A DNA stretch of 64,000 bases from Candidatus Latescibacterota bacterium (lineage in GTDB: Bacteria; Latescibacterota; UBA2968; GCA-2709665), in contig OZ244937.1 in assembly GCA_965222075.1 (NCBI GenBank), forward strand, positions 3,840,001-3,904,000, written 5' to 3'. The translations under genes and the position numbers were made by a program. Shown here in pieces: positions 51,020 to 61,265 of this stretch (the stretch's first letter is position 1; the number at the start of each line of letters is the position of its first letter). The notes beneath the pieces are model-generated. The model did no database searches and was not told where the DNA came from. It saw only the letters and a program-made list of their open reading frames with translations.

Positions 51020-52297
51020 ATGATAGAAAAACCCTGCTGGGCCCAAACCCTATCCGTCTGGCCCGAAACCCTGGCCGATGAACTGCCGGAAGTCTGCGAC
51101 ACTGCGGTGATCGGCGGCGGCATCACCGGCCTGTCAACGGCCCTGCACCTGGCGCGAAGGGGCGCGAACGTCGTCCTGCTCGAACAGAATCACATCGGCT
51201 GGGGCGCCAGCACGCGCAATGCCGGAATGACGCTGGTCGGCCTGAAACGGTCCCCCGGGCAGCTCATCAAAAAATACGGCCTCTCCGACGCCCGGAAATA
51301 CTACCAGGTGTCCATCGACGCCGTTGATTTTGCAGAAACCTTTATCACCCAGGAAAACCTGAATTGCGATTTCGACCGCCACGGTGCGTTGTGGGCGGCC
51401 TATACACCCGACCACTATGAGGCATTAAAAGACGCTCAGGAGCTTTTGCAGAAAACATTTAACCACAAGACCCACCTCGTTCCCACCGCTGAAATGAAAA
51501 CGGAACTGGGATCGGACTACTATCACGGCGGTCTTGTGGACCCGCTGAGCGCAGGCCTTAACCCTGCAAAATATGTCGCCGGGCTGCTGGCAAAAGCGCT
51601 GGCGGCCGGCGTGAAAATCTTTGAACAGACGCGGGTGGAAAAATTCCACAAGCACACCACGGGCTTCCGGGTGCACACAAACCGGGGAGCGGTCCTGGCC
51701 GATCACCTCGTGGCGGCCACCAACGGCTACACCCCCCCGGCACTGCCCTGGCTGCGCCGCCGCATCATCCCCATAGGCAGTTATATCATCGCCACCGAGC
51801 CGCTACAGAACACCGTTGCCGCACAGATCATCCCGAAAAACCGGATGGTCTACGACACCAGGAAATACCTGTCCTATTTTCGCCTGACGCCGGATTGTCG
51901 CATGCTTTTTGGAGGCAGAACCAGCTTTGCAGGTCAGGATAACCAGACCGCAGCGGCAATCCTGCAGGGGTGGATGTGTGACGTGTTTCCACAGCTTCGG
52001 GGAGTGAAAATAGACTACTGCTGGAGCGGCTATGTGGGCTTTACCTTCGATCAGATGCCGCATCTGGGCGTCAACGACGGTGTGTATTATGCCATGGGCT
52101 ACTGCGGTCACGGCGTTGCGCCCGGCCTGTATTTTGGCAACCACCTGGCCCGGTTGATCAGCGGCGAAAAAACAGACCTGCCGTTTGCCGACCTGGACTA
52201 TCCCGGGATGCTCTTTTACCGAAAACGGGCCTGGTTCCTGCCGGTCGCGGGCCTGTACTATAAGCTGGTGGACAATATGGCAAAGCGGAGGAGGTAA
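51020..52297 (+). CDS. FAD-dependent oxidoreductase (PuuB/DadA-like)
   Basis: IGGGITGLSTA, GAS.RNAG, ATNGY, GYCGHGV. Confidence 0.88.
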   Translation: MIEKPCWAQTLSVWPETLADELPEVCDTAVIGGGITGLSTALHLARRGANVVLLEQNHIGWGASTRNAGMTLVGLKRSPGQLIKKYGLSDARKYYQVSIDAVDFAETFITQENLNCDFDRHGALWAAYTPDHYEALKDAQELLQKTFNHKTHLVPTAEMKTELGSDYYHGGLVDPLSAGLNPAKYVAGLLAKALAAGVKIFEQTRVEKFHKHTTGFRVHTNRGAVLADHLVAATNGYTPPALPWLRRRIIPIGSYIIATEPLQNTVAAQIIPKNRMVYDTRKYLSYFRLTPDCRMLFGGRTSFAGQDNQTAAAILQGWMCDVFPQLRGVKIDYCWSGYVGFTFDQMPHLGVNDGVYYAMGYCGHGVAPGLYFGNHLARLISGEKTDLPFADLDYPGMLFYRKRAWFLPVAGLYYKLVDNMAKRRR

Positions 52298-52339
52298 TCG
52301 GATGACCTTGCACCCAACCCTGAACTTGAGGAACCTGCC

Positions 52340-53350
52340 ATGCTCGGCGTAGCCATCCAGGGGGCGGGAAACGTCTCCACGGAACACATCAAAGCCTACC
52401 GGAACAACCCGAACACCCGTGTGGTCGCCATTGGCAGCCGCACGCTGGACGGCGCCCGGAAAAAAGCAGCCGAGTACGGCGTCGAATGCGACCTCTTCAA
52501 CGACTATGACAAGCTGCTGGCGCATCCGGAAGTCGATATCGTCTCCATCTGCACCCCTCCCGACCGCCACGCCGCCGAAACGGTCGCCGCGGCCCAGGCA
52601 GGCAAACACCTGCTCATCGAGAAACCGGTCGCAAACACCCGGGAAGAACTGGAGGCGATGCACGAAGCCGTCACCCGGGCCGGGGTCAAAACCGTCGTCA
52701 GCTTCGTCCTGCGTTGGAACCCGATGATCCAGTCGATCAAACAGGTTGTTGCAAAGGGCTGGGTCGGCAGACCCTTGCTCGTACAGGCCGACTACTGGCA
52801 CGGACCCACCCATGAACGCCCGGAGAAATGGAGCCGCCCGCGCTGGGCGCCGATGGTCACCGGCGGTATTGTTCACGGCGGCTGCCACGCCATGGACGCT
52901 GCCCGCTACATCCTGGACAACGACGAAGTCGTCCTGGTCACCGGCGTCTCCCCCACCTATCCAGGCTATGCAGAGCCGTACAGACCCACCACCCTGGCGG
53001 CGGTACGGTTCGCCGGTGGTCCGGCGGGAAAAATCTCCGGCGCCACGGAATTCTTTATGCCCTATGTCTTCAACATTGAAGTCTTCGGCGACGAAGGCGT
53101 CATCCGTAACAATCGCTTCTACACAAAACAACTGCCGGGCCAGCGCGATTTTGGAACCTTCCCCACCATCCTGCCCGACAGCGGCTCGGTCGCCCACCAC
53201 CCCTTCCAGGAAATGATCGACCACCTGATAGACTGTATCCGGACCGACACCGAATCGCACGACAACCTGGCCGTCGCCGTCAACACCCACCTGGCCTGCT
53301 TCGCCGCCGAGGAATCCGCCGCAGCCGGCTCGACACCCATCCGGCTCTAA
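52340..53350 (+). CDS. Gfo/Idh/MocA-family oxidoreductase
   Basis: GAG.V..H, ICTP..H, GKH.LIEKP, GCHAMD. Confidence 0.9.
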   Translation: MLGVAIQGAGNVSTEHIKAYRNNPNTRVVAIGSRTLDGARKKAAEYGVECDLFNDYDKLLAHPEVDIVSICTPPDRHAAETVAAAQAGKHLLIEKPVANTREELEAMHEAVTRAGVKTVVSFVLRWNPMIQSIKQVVAKGWVGRPLLVQADYWHGPTHERPEKWSRPRWAPMVTGGIVHGGCHAMDAARYILDNDEVVLVTGVSPTYPGYAEPYRPTTLAAVRFAGGPAGKISGATEFFMPYVFNIEVFGDEGVIRNNRFYTKQLPGQRDFGTFPTILPDSGSVAHHPFQEMIDHLIDCIRTDTESHDNLAVAVNTHLACFAAEESAAAGSTPIRL

Positions 53351-55041
53351 GGGGCGGCGCAAAATCTGCCCCCCCTCGCCGGACGCATATCCTCCAGCAC
53401 AAGCTGCACCCGCGTCTCCCTGTTCCATGTATTCGCTTCTACGGCACAGGCCACATCCACCTGATCTCCACAAGAGAGTTCGGTAACCAGGCCCCCCTGC
53501 CGCCACCAGATCGTGTCGCACACCGGCCCGCCCGTATCCAGCGCCAGCTTGAGATGCGCGCCCTTCCCCACCGCGGCGGTCCGTTCGATCCGGCAGTCCC
53601 GGAGCATAAACCGGGGAGGCTCGTTGCCCGCGCCGAACGGGGCAAGCGCCGACAGCGCCGAAACCGTCTCCAGTGAAATCTCCGAAGGCCGCAGCAGCGC
53701 GTCTAACTCCAGTTGGGGCGTCAGATCGTCCTCCGACAGCAGCCGGTCCGCATCCGCCTCCAGCCGTCCCTTGAACGCCTCGTAATATTCCACTCGACCC
53801 GTAAAACCTGCGGCGTCCGCATGCCCGCCGCACTCGGTCAACAGGTCCGCACACCTGAAAATCCCCTCCACAATATTGTACCCCCCCGCCGTGCGTGCCG
53901 ACCCGGTGAATGTCCCATCCCTCCGGACCTCCGTGCACACCACCGACGGGCGCCTGTACTTTTCCGTCAGCCTCCCCGCAATCAACCCGATCACCCCCAG
54001 GTGCCAGTCCTCTCCCTTCACCACCAGCATCCGGTGCCGATCCAGGCCCGCAGCCTCTACCTGCGCTTCGGCCTCGGCCACCCCCGTATTCTGCAAGTCC
54101 TTCCGCCTGGTATTCAACCGGTTCAACGCCTCTGCCAGCCGGGCCGCCTCCCGAATATCCCGGCTCCGGAGCAGATCCAGCGCCAGCCCCGCCGAGGCCA
54201 GGCGCCCGGCGCTGTTGATCCGGGGGCCTAAGAAAAATCCGATCGCCGTGGTATCCACCGGCCGGTTGCCCGAGCCCGCCAACCCCTTCAGCGCATGCAG
54301 GCCGGGCCGGGCCGTCCGGTCCAGCACCTGCATCCCCCGCCGGGTCAACAGCCGATTCTCCCCCAACATCGGCGCCACATCGGCCACCGTACCCAGCGCC
54401 ACCAGGTCCAGCAGTGAATTCAGATAGCCCCGCCGTTCCGGCCCCGGCACCAGATCTTCCGAAAGCGCCTGAACCACCTTAAATACCACCCCCACCGCCG
54501 CTAAACCTTTAAAAAGATAGGAACAGTCGACGCGGTTGGGGTTCACCACCGCCAGTGCGTTCGGCAGCCGCCCCTGAGGATGGTGGTGGTCAATCACCAC
54601 CACATCCACCCCCGCCTCTCTGGCCGCATCCACCGCCTCAAACGACGAAACCCCGTTGTCCGCCGTCACGATCAGCTCCGCGCCCGCCTCCAGCGCCCGG
54701 CGCACCCCCGGCGGCTTCATCCCGTACCCGTCCCGGAAGCGGTCCGGCAGAAGAGGCACCCCATCCACTCCCACCCGGTCCAGAAAATCCAGCATCACCG
54801 CCGTACTCGTCACCCCATCCACATCGTAGTCTCCAAACACCACAATCCGTTCCCGCTCCCGAATCGCCTTCAATATACGGTCCACCGCCCGGTCCATATC
54901 CCGCATCGCAAACGGATCCTGGAGGACATCGGGAGAATCCGCCACGTCTTCCGGCGTCAGCGACCGGTTGGCCAGGACCACATCCACAAGCGAATCGTAA
55001 TCTCCCGAATGCCGGAGATGCCATATTGGATACTGCTGCAT
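53347..55041 (-). CDS. recJ: Single-stranded DNA exonuclease RecJ
   Basis: GDYDVDG, DNG, DHH, LGTVADV, PRINSAGRL, GGH..AAG, PFG.GN..P. Confidence 0.95.
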   Translation of the reverse strand: MQQYPIWHLRHSGDYDSLVDVVLANRSLTPEDVADSPDVLQDPFAMRDMDRAVDRILKAIRERERIVVFGDYDVDGVTSTAVMLDFLDRVGVDGVPLLPDRFRDGYGMKPPGVRRALEAGAELIVTADNGVSSFEAVDAAREAGVDVVVIDHHHPQGRLPNALAVVNPNRVDCSYLFKGLAAVGVVFKVVQALSEDLVPGPERRGYLNSLLDLVALGTVADVAPMLGENRLLTRRGMQVLDRTARPGLHALKGLAGSGNRPVDTTAIGFFLGPRINSAGRLASAGLALDLLRSRDIREAARLAEALNRLNTRRKDLQNTGVAEAEAQVEAAGLDRHRMLVVKGEDWHLGVIGLIAGRLTEKYRRPSVVCTEVRRDGTFTGSARTAGGYNIVEGIFRCADLLTECGGHADAAGFTGRVEYYEAFKGRLEADADRLLSEDDLTPQLELDALLRPSEISLETVSALSALAPFGAGNEPPRFMLRDCRIERTAAVGKGAHLKLALDTGGPVCDTIWWRQGGLVTELSCGDQVDVACAVEANTWNRETRVQLVLEDMRPARGGRFCAAP

Positions 55042-55167
55042 CGATCCCCCCAAAAGCGAAAATAAAAAAAGGTTAACGTTTTCTCAAATCCCGGTCGATA
55101 TACTCGGCAAATTCTGTATATTATGGTCTGATCAATTCATAACCACAAATGGACACCGATCATCCCT

Positions 55168-55581
55168 ATGTCCCGTATCCTCCTTGCCGAAGACGGCCCC
55201 ACCGCTATTGACCTGGCCGGCGCGCTCTTCGACACGCCCGGCCTCGAACTCGACGTGGTCACCAACGGCCGCAGCGCCCTGGGCCGCCTGACCCGCCTGC
55301 CTGCAGCGCAGGACGCTGCGCAGGCAGGGGCCCCCAGGGCCTACGCCCTGGTCGTCCTGAGCTATACCCTGCCCGAAATCAGCGGCCCCGAGTGCATTGC
55401 CTTCATCCGGAGTATGTTCCCCCGCCTGACCATCCTCGTCCTCTCCGACACAACCGATGCAAAGCGCCTGGGTGAACTCGCCCGGCTCGGCATCCGCCGA
55501 GGCCACATCCTGCAAAAGCCCACCGACCGCAAAACCTTCGCCGCCTGGGTCCGGAACGCCCTCAAGGAAATTGAAACTTGA
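55168..55581 (+). CDS. Stand-alone atypical receiver (REC) domain protein
   Basis: ILLAED, LPEISG, L.KP; phospho-acceptor position is Ser (LVVLS). Confidence 0.75.
   Translation: MSRILLAEDGPTAIDLAGALFDTPGLELDVVTNGRSALGRLTRLPAAQDAAQAGAPRAYALVVLSYTLPEISGPECIAFIRSMFPRLTILVLSDTTDAKRLGELARLGIRRGHILQKPTDRKTFAAWVRNALKEIET
55296..55328. repeat. 33-bp palindromic element inside the receiver gene
   Basis: CCTGCCTGC-N15-GCAGGCAGG, frame-preserving. Confidence 0.75.
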
Positions 55582-55592
55582 AAATTTCCTGT

Positions 55593-56378
55593 TCACACAC
55601 CCATAATATGATATCCCCCATCCACATGCACCACCTCCCCCGTCACCCCACTGCCCAGGTCGCTCAACAAAAACAGCGCCGCCTTGCCCACCTCCTCCTG
55701 CGAGATATTCCGCCTCAGCGGCGCCCGATCCCGGTACATCTGCTGAAAATCTCCAAACCCCTTCACCCCCCGCGCAGACGCCGTGCTGATCGGCCCGGGC
55801 GAAACCGCATTCACCCGGATCTCCCTGGGCCCCAACTCGGAGGCAAGCTGCCGCACCGCATGCTCCAGGGCCGCCTTGGCCGTCCCCATCACATTATAAG
55901 CCGGAAACACCTTCTCAGACGCCATAAACGTCAGCGTAATCACCGATCCTCCCTCGGCCATCAACGCCGTTGCGGCCCGGGTCATCGCTACAAACGAATA
56001 CGTGCTGATGTCCAGCGCGATCCGAAAAGCCTCCCGGGAGGTCTTATTGTATTCCCCCCGCAGCGCCTCTGTAGGCGCAAACGCAATACAGTGCACAAAA
56101 CAGTCCAGCCGCCCGGCCTCCTGCCCCACAAACTCGAACAGCCTCCGGATGTCCGCATCTTCCCCCGCATTGCAGGGCTCCGGCGGAACGACCACATCCT
56201 CCCACCCCTCTCCCGCTATCAGCTTTTCAATCCCCCGCTGCTCGCGCTCGCTCAAATAGGGCAGCACCAGCCGTGCCCCCGCCTTGTGGAGGACCTGCGC
56301 AATCGCCCACGCAATGCTCCACCTGTTTGCTACCCCGGTAACCACCCCTACCTTCCCGTTCAGGTCGATCCCGTACAT
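55593..56378 (-). CDS. fabI: Enoyl-ACP reductase
   Basis: GVAN.WSIAW, H.IAFA, YNVMG.AKAALE, SPGPI, TGEVVHVDGG. Confidence 0.95.
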   Translation of the reverse strand: MYGIDLNGKVGVVTGVANRWSIAWAIAQVLHKAGARLVLPYLSEREQRGIEKLIAGEGWEDVVVPPEPCNAGEDADIRRLFEFVGQEAGRLDCFVHCIAFAPTEALRGEYNKTSREAFRIALDISTYSFVAMTRAATALMAEGGSVITLTFMASEKVFPAYNVMGTAKAALEHAVRQLASELGPREIRVNAVSPGPISTASARGVKGFGDFQQMYRDRAPLRRNISQEEVGKAALFLLSDLGSGVTGEVVHVDGGYHIMGV

Positions 56379-56542
56379 AAGCCCTATCCTCTCCTATTCC
56401 GGAAACGCGCAACACTTCCGGCAGCTCGGTCTGGGTATGCCCACCTCCGGCCTTCTCGGCAACGGTCACCCCTTATCGCTCGCGTTTTAAGACAGTTTCT
56501 AAACTAATTCACCCCGTCCCCAAAGTCAACCCGCATTCTCGC

Positions 56543-56571
56543 TTGCATTTCCAGTCCAGGCGCATTATCTT
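56543..56571 (+). promoter_or_regulatory. Putative sigma70 promoter of the YbjN-PspA operon
   Basis: TTGCAT-N17-TATCTT. Confidence 0.45.
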
Positions 56572-56675
56572 TCAAGATGGATGGGTAGCATTTTTTTGAA
56601 ACAAAATCCCATCTCCGGAATCTTATACTTACAAAACAGTCCGCTTTTCCCTCTTTCCTGCTTAAAGGAGCGTCC

Positions 56676-57071
56676 ATGTCCGACTACTTTGAAACCGTCA
56701 AGGCCTACCTCCAGGACCTCGACCTCATCATCGAAGAGGAGGACCCCGGGGAAGAACTCGTCGTGGTCAACGACGAAGATCGGGGCATTTACAGGCTCAT
56801 CGTTGACTGCGAGGACCCCATCCTCATCCTCGAACAGGCCATCATGCCCGTCCCGTCCAGGCCGGGCGACCTCTACAGGCGCCTCCTCGAAATGAACCGC
56901 ACCCTCATCCATGGCGCTTTCGCCGTCGACGACGAGACCGGCACCATCCTCTTCCGGGACACCCTCCGCCTGGACACCCTCGACCGGGCTGAAATCGAGG
57001 GCAGCATCAACGCCCTCGGCCTGGCCCTGGCGGAAAACGTCAATGAACTATTGGGATACAGCAAAAAATAA
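56676..57071 (+). CDS. YbjN/CesT-like chaperone-fold protein
   Basis: Acidic 131 aa; LL.MNR...HGAF..D....LFRDTL. Confidence 0.75.
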   Translation: MSDYFETVKAYLQDLDLIIEEEDPGEELVVVNDEDRGIYRLIVDCEDPILILEQAIMPVPSRPGDLYRRLLEMNRTLIHGAFAVDDETGTILFRDTLRLDTLDRAEIEGSINALGLALAENVNELLGYSKK

Positions 57072-57123
57072 CCGCAAAATGTGAATTATCATTTGTTTCA
57101 CGTTTCATACCAGGAGTCACACC

Positions 57124-57825
57124 ATGGGTATTTTTCAGAGAATCTTCCGCGTCAGCAAGGCTGAAGTCCATTCCGCCATCGACAAATTCGAAGATCCGAT
57201 CAGAATGACCGAACAGGGCATCCGGGATCTCAAAAAGGACCTGAACGCCGCCATGACCAGCCTGGCCGAAGTCAAAGGCCAGGCCATCCGCCTGAGAAAA
57301 CAGGCCACAGACGGCAAAAAAGCCGCCACCGACTATGAGCGCAAAGCCATGCTCCTCCTCCAGAAGACCCAGAGCGGAGAGCTCGACTCGGCCGAGGCCG
57401 ACCGGCTGGCCGCCGAGGCCCTCAACCGCAAAGAAGAGTCCTCCAGCCGGGCCACCACATTGAACCACGACGCCAAACAGCAGGAAGCCATGGCCGCCCA
57501 GCTTCAGGCCCAGGTCGAAAAACTCAAATCGGCCATCGCCGGCTACGAAAACGACCTGGTCACCCTGCGCGCCCGCGCCCGCACGGCCGCAGCCACCAAA
57601 AAGATCAACCGCCAGCTCTCCAAGGTCGACTCCAACGGCACCCTGGCCCTGCTCGAACGCATGAAGGAGCGCGTCGAAGAGGACGAGTCCCTCGCCCAGG
57701 CCTACGGCGAACTCGCCGACTCCTCCCAGACCCTCGACGAAGAAATCGACACCGTCCTTAAGGACAAAGGCGCCGGATCGGATAAACTCGCCGAACTCAA
57801 GGCGAAGATGGGGATACAAAAATAA
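57124..57825 (+). CDS. PspA/IM30 family protein
   Basis: MGIF.RI..amphipathic helix, EDP..M.EQ.IRD, L.AR...A, ERM.E.V, L.ELK. Confidence 0.92.
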   Translation: MGIFQRIFRVSKAEVHSAIDKFEDPIRMTEQGIRDLKKDLNAAMTSLAEVKGQAIRLRKQATDGKKAATDYERKAMLLLQKTQSGELDSAEADRLAAEALNRKEESSSRATTLNHDAKQQEAMAAQLQAQVEKLKSAIAGYENDLVTLRARARTAAATKKINRQLSKVDSNGTLALLERMKERVEEDESLAQAYGELADSSQTLDEEIDTVLKDKGAGSDKLAELKAKMGIQK

Positions 57826-57888
57826 CCTGACCCCCCTCGTTTACCACCAAACGGTCAGAAACGGGCAACGATCCCCACCCCTCCAACC

Positions 57889-58428
57889 ATGAACTGGAAT
57901 CCCTTCAAAAAAAAACAGGACGAACCCGAATTCGACCCGTTAAAAGACCTCACCCTCTCTGGCCTCAAACCCGGCTACGTCCTCGACTACGACCTCAAGG
58001 CCTGGCAGGTCACCGCTCACCATTATTACGATTACGAGGGCGACCGGGTCAACGAGTGGGAGCTTGCCTGCGCCGACGAGGTCCTCTACCTCGATCGCGA
58101 GGAAGACGACGAGATCACCTGGACCCTCTCTCGAAAGATCCCCCTCTCCCATATCGACGGCGACCTCCGCGCCCACCTCCGGGAGCACGAAGATCCCCCC
58201 CAGGAGATCACCTGCAACGGCGTCGAATATACCGGCGAGTCTTCCGATGTGGGCAAATTTTACAAAAACAGCGAACCCCCGGGCCAGGAATTCATCGCCT
58301 GGGACTACATAGACCGCTCCGGGGAAAAAACCCTCACCGTCGAACAGTGGGGCGACGACGACTACGAGGCCTCCCTCGGTGAGATCGTCGAAGAATATCA
58401 ATTCAGCGACATCCTCCCGTCGGAATAA
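57889..58428 (+). CDS. DUF4178-like protein
   Basis: Acidic, Trp/Tyr-rich; EW.L, YL..E.DD, WDY......L.VEQW; usual position after pspA. Confidence 0.7.
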   Translation: MNWNPFKKKQDEPEFDPLKDLTLSGLKPGYVLDYDLKAWQVTAHHYYDYEGDRVNEWELACADEVLYLDREEDDEITWTLSRKIPLSHIDGDLRAHLREHEDPPQEITCNGVEYTGESSDVGKFYKNSEPPGQEFIAWDYIDRSGEKTLTVEQWGDDDYEASLGEIVEEYQFSDILPSE

Positions 58429-58487
58429 CGCTTCGCCCAGGTCTGGATGATTTGCCCCGCTGCTTTCAAATCTTCAATCTTCGCTCC

Positions 58488-60023
58488 CTACCACCCCCAC
58501 TCCGCCTCCCGATAATATCGGTCCACCACCGGCGCCAGTTCCGTATTCACCGCCACCTCCCCTGCCTGTTCGAACACGCCCTTCCAGAACTGCACCATCC
58601 CCACCATCGCCTCCCGGTTCAAAAACGCTGTCTCAACCCCCGAGAAATCGAGTCCCATCGCCCGCTCCTTCAGCGCCTCCGCAGAAACCACCTCCGCCTT
58701 CATCCCTAACGTCCACCCCCAGTCGCCCATCGTTGGAATCGTGTTGTGGTAGGGCAACACCGAAAAGCCTGCCGCCTGTAGCGTCCTGTACACACACAGA
58801 AAAGCCCGCGTCGCGTACAGCGGGCTGGAACTCTGCGTCACCACCACCCCGCCCCGGGACAGGTGACGCTTGCAGGAGAGGTAGAACTCCCTGGAATAGA
58901 GCCGGGCCAGGTCGGGGCCCTTCGGATCGGGCAGATCGATCAGGATCACATCGAACAGCTCATCGACGTCCTCCAAAAACCGCCCGGCGTCCCGGTTCAC
59001 CACCCGCAACCTCGGATCGTTCAGCGCCCCTCCGTTGGCCTCCAGCAGCGCCGGATGCGTCCGGGCCAACTCCGTCATCGCCGGATCCAGGTCTACCAGT
59101 GTAATCGATCTGACATCGGCATGCTTCAGCGCCTCCCGCGCCGCCAGCCCGTCTCCCCCGCCCAGGATCAGCACCCGCTCCCGGGAGGCCGCCAGTCCCA
59201 TCGCCGGGTGCGTCAGCGGCTCGTGGTAGCGCTCCTCGTCGTACGTGCTGAACTGCACACTGCCGTTTAAGAAAAGCCAGTGGTAGCCCTTCCACTCCGT
59301 CATCACAATCCGCTGGTAGGGCGTCTGCGCTTCATAAATCACGCGATCCCGGTACCGACTCTGCTCCCCGAACAGCATGATCGGCCGGATGCTAACCCCC
59401 AGCCCCACCAGTCCGATTCCAATCGTCCAGAACGCCCCTGTCAGCCACCTCCGGCGCACCAGCAGCCCTCTGTATTGCCACAGCAGCGCCGATGCCACCG
59501 TGAAATTCACCGCTCCCAGCATAATCGGCGTAAAGGTCAGCCCCAGATGCGGCAGCGCAAAAAACGCAAACAGCAGCCCCCCCACAAGCGCCCCGTAATA
59601 ATCCTTCTCCATCACCGACGCAATATTCGTCCGCAACGACTCGTAGGTCTCGTTCATCCGGGCCACCAGCGGAATCTCCAGCCCGATCAACAGCCCGATC
59701 CCCGCTGCATACCCATACAGGACGACGCCCACCTGTCCGACAAGCGCCGTCCCGAAGTAAGCCGCCGCCCCGCACGACGCGCACAGCACCGACAGCGTAA
59801 ACTCCACCGCAATAAACCGGTCCAGCAGCCGATCCTGAATGTGTCGGCTCAACCGGCTGCCCAGCCCCATCGTAAACAACATCAGCGACATCACCAGTGT
59901 CCACTGGAGCGTCGTATTCCCCAACAGGTAGCTCGCCAGTGTCGACAGTACAAACTCTGCCACGATCCCCGCGCACCCCGTGGCGAACAAACAAGCTTTC
60001 AACAAGTAGCTGCGCCCTTTCAT
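58488..60023 (-). CDS. speE: Membrane-type polyamine aminopropyltransferase (spermidine synthase)
   Basis: N-terminal multi-TM region; QF..DE.RYHE.L.HP, LGGGDG, DLPDP, GDWG. Confidence 0.9.
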   Translation of the reverse strand: MKGRSYLLKACLFATGCAGIVAEFVLSTLASYLLGNTTLQWTLVMSLMLFTMGLGSRLSRHIQDRLLDRFIAVEFTLSVLCASCGAAAYFGTALVGQVGVVLYGYAAGIGLLIGLEIPLVARMNETYESLRTNIASVMEKDYYGALVGGLLFAFFALPHLGLTFTPIMLGAVNFTVASALLWQYRGLLVRRRWLTGAFWTIGIGLVGLGVSIRPIMLFGEQSRYRDRVIYEAQTPYQRIVMTEWKGYHWLFLNGSVQFSTYDEERYHEPLTHPAMGLAASRERVLILGGGDGLAAREALKHADVRSITLVDLDPAMTELARTHPALLEANGGALNDPRLRVVNRDAGRFLEDVDELFDVILIDLPDPKGPDLARLYSREFYLSCKRHLSRGGVVVTQSSSPLYATRAFLCVYRTLQAAGFSVLPYHNTIPTMGDWGWTLGMKAEVVSAEALKERAMGLDFSGVETAFLNREAMVGMVQFWKGVFEQAGEVAVNTELAPVVDRYYREAEWGW

Positions 60024-60049
60024 CACTCACCACTCACCACTCACCACTC
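60024..60049. repeat. Heptamer tandem repeat (CACTCAC)x3.7
   Basis: Read directly; spans the thiolase stop and speE start. Confidence 0.8.
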
Positions 60050-61221
60050 CTCTCCACCGCTACCGCCACCGCTTCTCCCCCACCGATACAGATTGCATCA
60101 ATCCCCACCTTCGCGCCCCGGCATTTCATCGCATGAAGCAGCGTCACCAGCGTCCGGGCACCGCTCGCGCCGATCGGATGCCCCAGCGCCACCGCGCCGC
60201 CGTGCACGTTCACCTTCTCGTGCGGAATCCCCAGATCTTTCATCGCGGCCATCGGCACAACCGAGAACGCCTCGTTGATCTCAAACAGATCCACGCCCTC
60301 CACCCCCAGCGACAGCCTGTCCATCAGCCTGGAAATCGCCGGAATCGGGGCGAGCGTAAACCACTCCGGCTCCCGGCACGCCGTCGCATACCCCAAAATC
60401 TTCGCCTGGGGCTTCACGCCCAACGCCTTGACCTTTTCTTCTGACAAAGCTACGATGGCGGCCGCTCCGTCGTTAATGCTGGACGCATTCCCCGCCGTCA
60501 CCGTCCCCTCCTTCCCAAACGCCGGCCCGAGCTGCCGGAGTTTCTCCTCGTTGAACCGCCCGGGTTCCTCGTCTTCGGTCACCCTCACGGTATCCCTGCC
60601 CGCAGGGGCTTCAACCGGCACGATCTCCTCGGCAAAGATCCCGTTTTCCGCAGCCGCCAGAGCCCGCTTATAACTCTCAACGGCAAAATCGTCCTGTTCC
60701 TCCCGTGAGAACGTATATTTCTCCGCACACCGATCCCCGCACAATCCCATGTGCAGGCCGTTGTATACATCCCAAAGCCCGTCCCTGACCATAGAATCGA
60801 TCAACGCACCGTCTCCCAGCCGGTACCCCCCCCGGGCCTTTTCTAAGAGATAAGGCGCCCGCGACATATTCTCGGTTCCGCCTGCCACCACCACCGACGC
60901 GTCTTCACACCGGATGGCCTGAGCCGCCAGCATCACCGACTTGAGCCCCGACCCACAGACCTTGTTCACGGTCGTCGCCCCAACCGAAGGGCTCAGCCCC
61001 GCCCCGATCGAGACCTGCCGCGCCACGTTCTGCCCCAGTCCCGCGCCAAGCACATTGCCAAAGATCACCTCGTCCACCTGATCCGGGGAAACCCCCGCCC
61101 GTTCCAGCGCCGCCCGAACCGCTGCGCTTCCCAGCGCCGGCGCCGGTGCCTCCGCAAACGCCTCGCAAAATCTGCCAATAGGCGTGCGCACGCCTCCTAC
61201 CAGAAAAACATCCTTAACCAT
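60034..61221 (-). CDS. Acetyl-CoA C-acyltransferase (thiolase)
   Basis: NKVCGSG, GNASSINDGAA, EINEAF, GHPIGASG, CIGGG. Confidence 0.95.
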   Translation of the reverse strand: MVKDVFLVGGVRTPIGRFCEAFAEAPAPALGSAAVRAALERAGVSPDQVDEVIFGNVLGAGLGQNVARQVSIGAGLSPSVGATTVNKVCGSGLKSVMLAAQAIRCEDASVVVAGGTENMSRAPYLLEKARGGYRLGDGALIDSMVRDGLWDVYNGLHMGLCGDRCAEKYTFSREEQDDFAVESYKRALAAAENGIFAEEIVPVEAPAGRDTVRVTEDEEPGRFNEEKLRQLGPAFGKEGTVTAGNASSINDGAAAIVALSEEKVKALGVKPQAKILGYATACREPEWFTLAPIPAISRLMDRLSLGVEGVDLFEINEAFSVVPMAAMKDLGIPHEKVNVHGGAVALGHPIGASGARTLVTLLHAMKCRGAKVGIDAICIGGGEAVAVAVERSGEW

Positions 61222-61265
61222 CGCGGCTTTCTCCCAGCACATGGGCAGACACACAGGTCCGCTTC

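Noticed and set aside
51803-53938. 711-aa minus-strand ORF and similar long alternative-frame ORFs (for example 2600-3775, 14213-15349, 31657-32955)
   Set aside because: Antisense or off-frame shadows of well-supported genes, expected at high GC, with no recognisable motifs.
56380-56675. Sigma54 -24/-12 promoter or CIRCE upstream of the PspA operon (also sought before the TPR and DegP genes)
   Set aside because: No convincing TGGCAC-N5-TTGC or TTAGCACTC-N9-GAGTGCTAA was found by eye.
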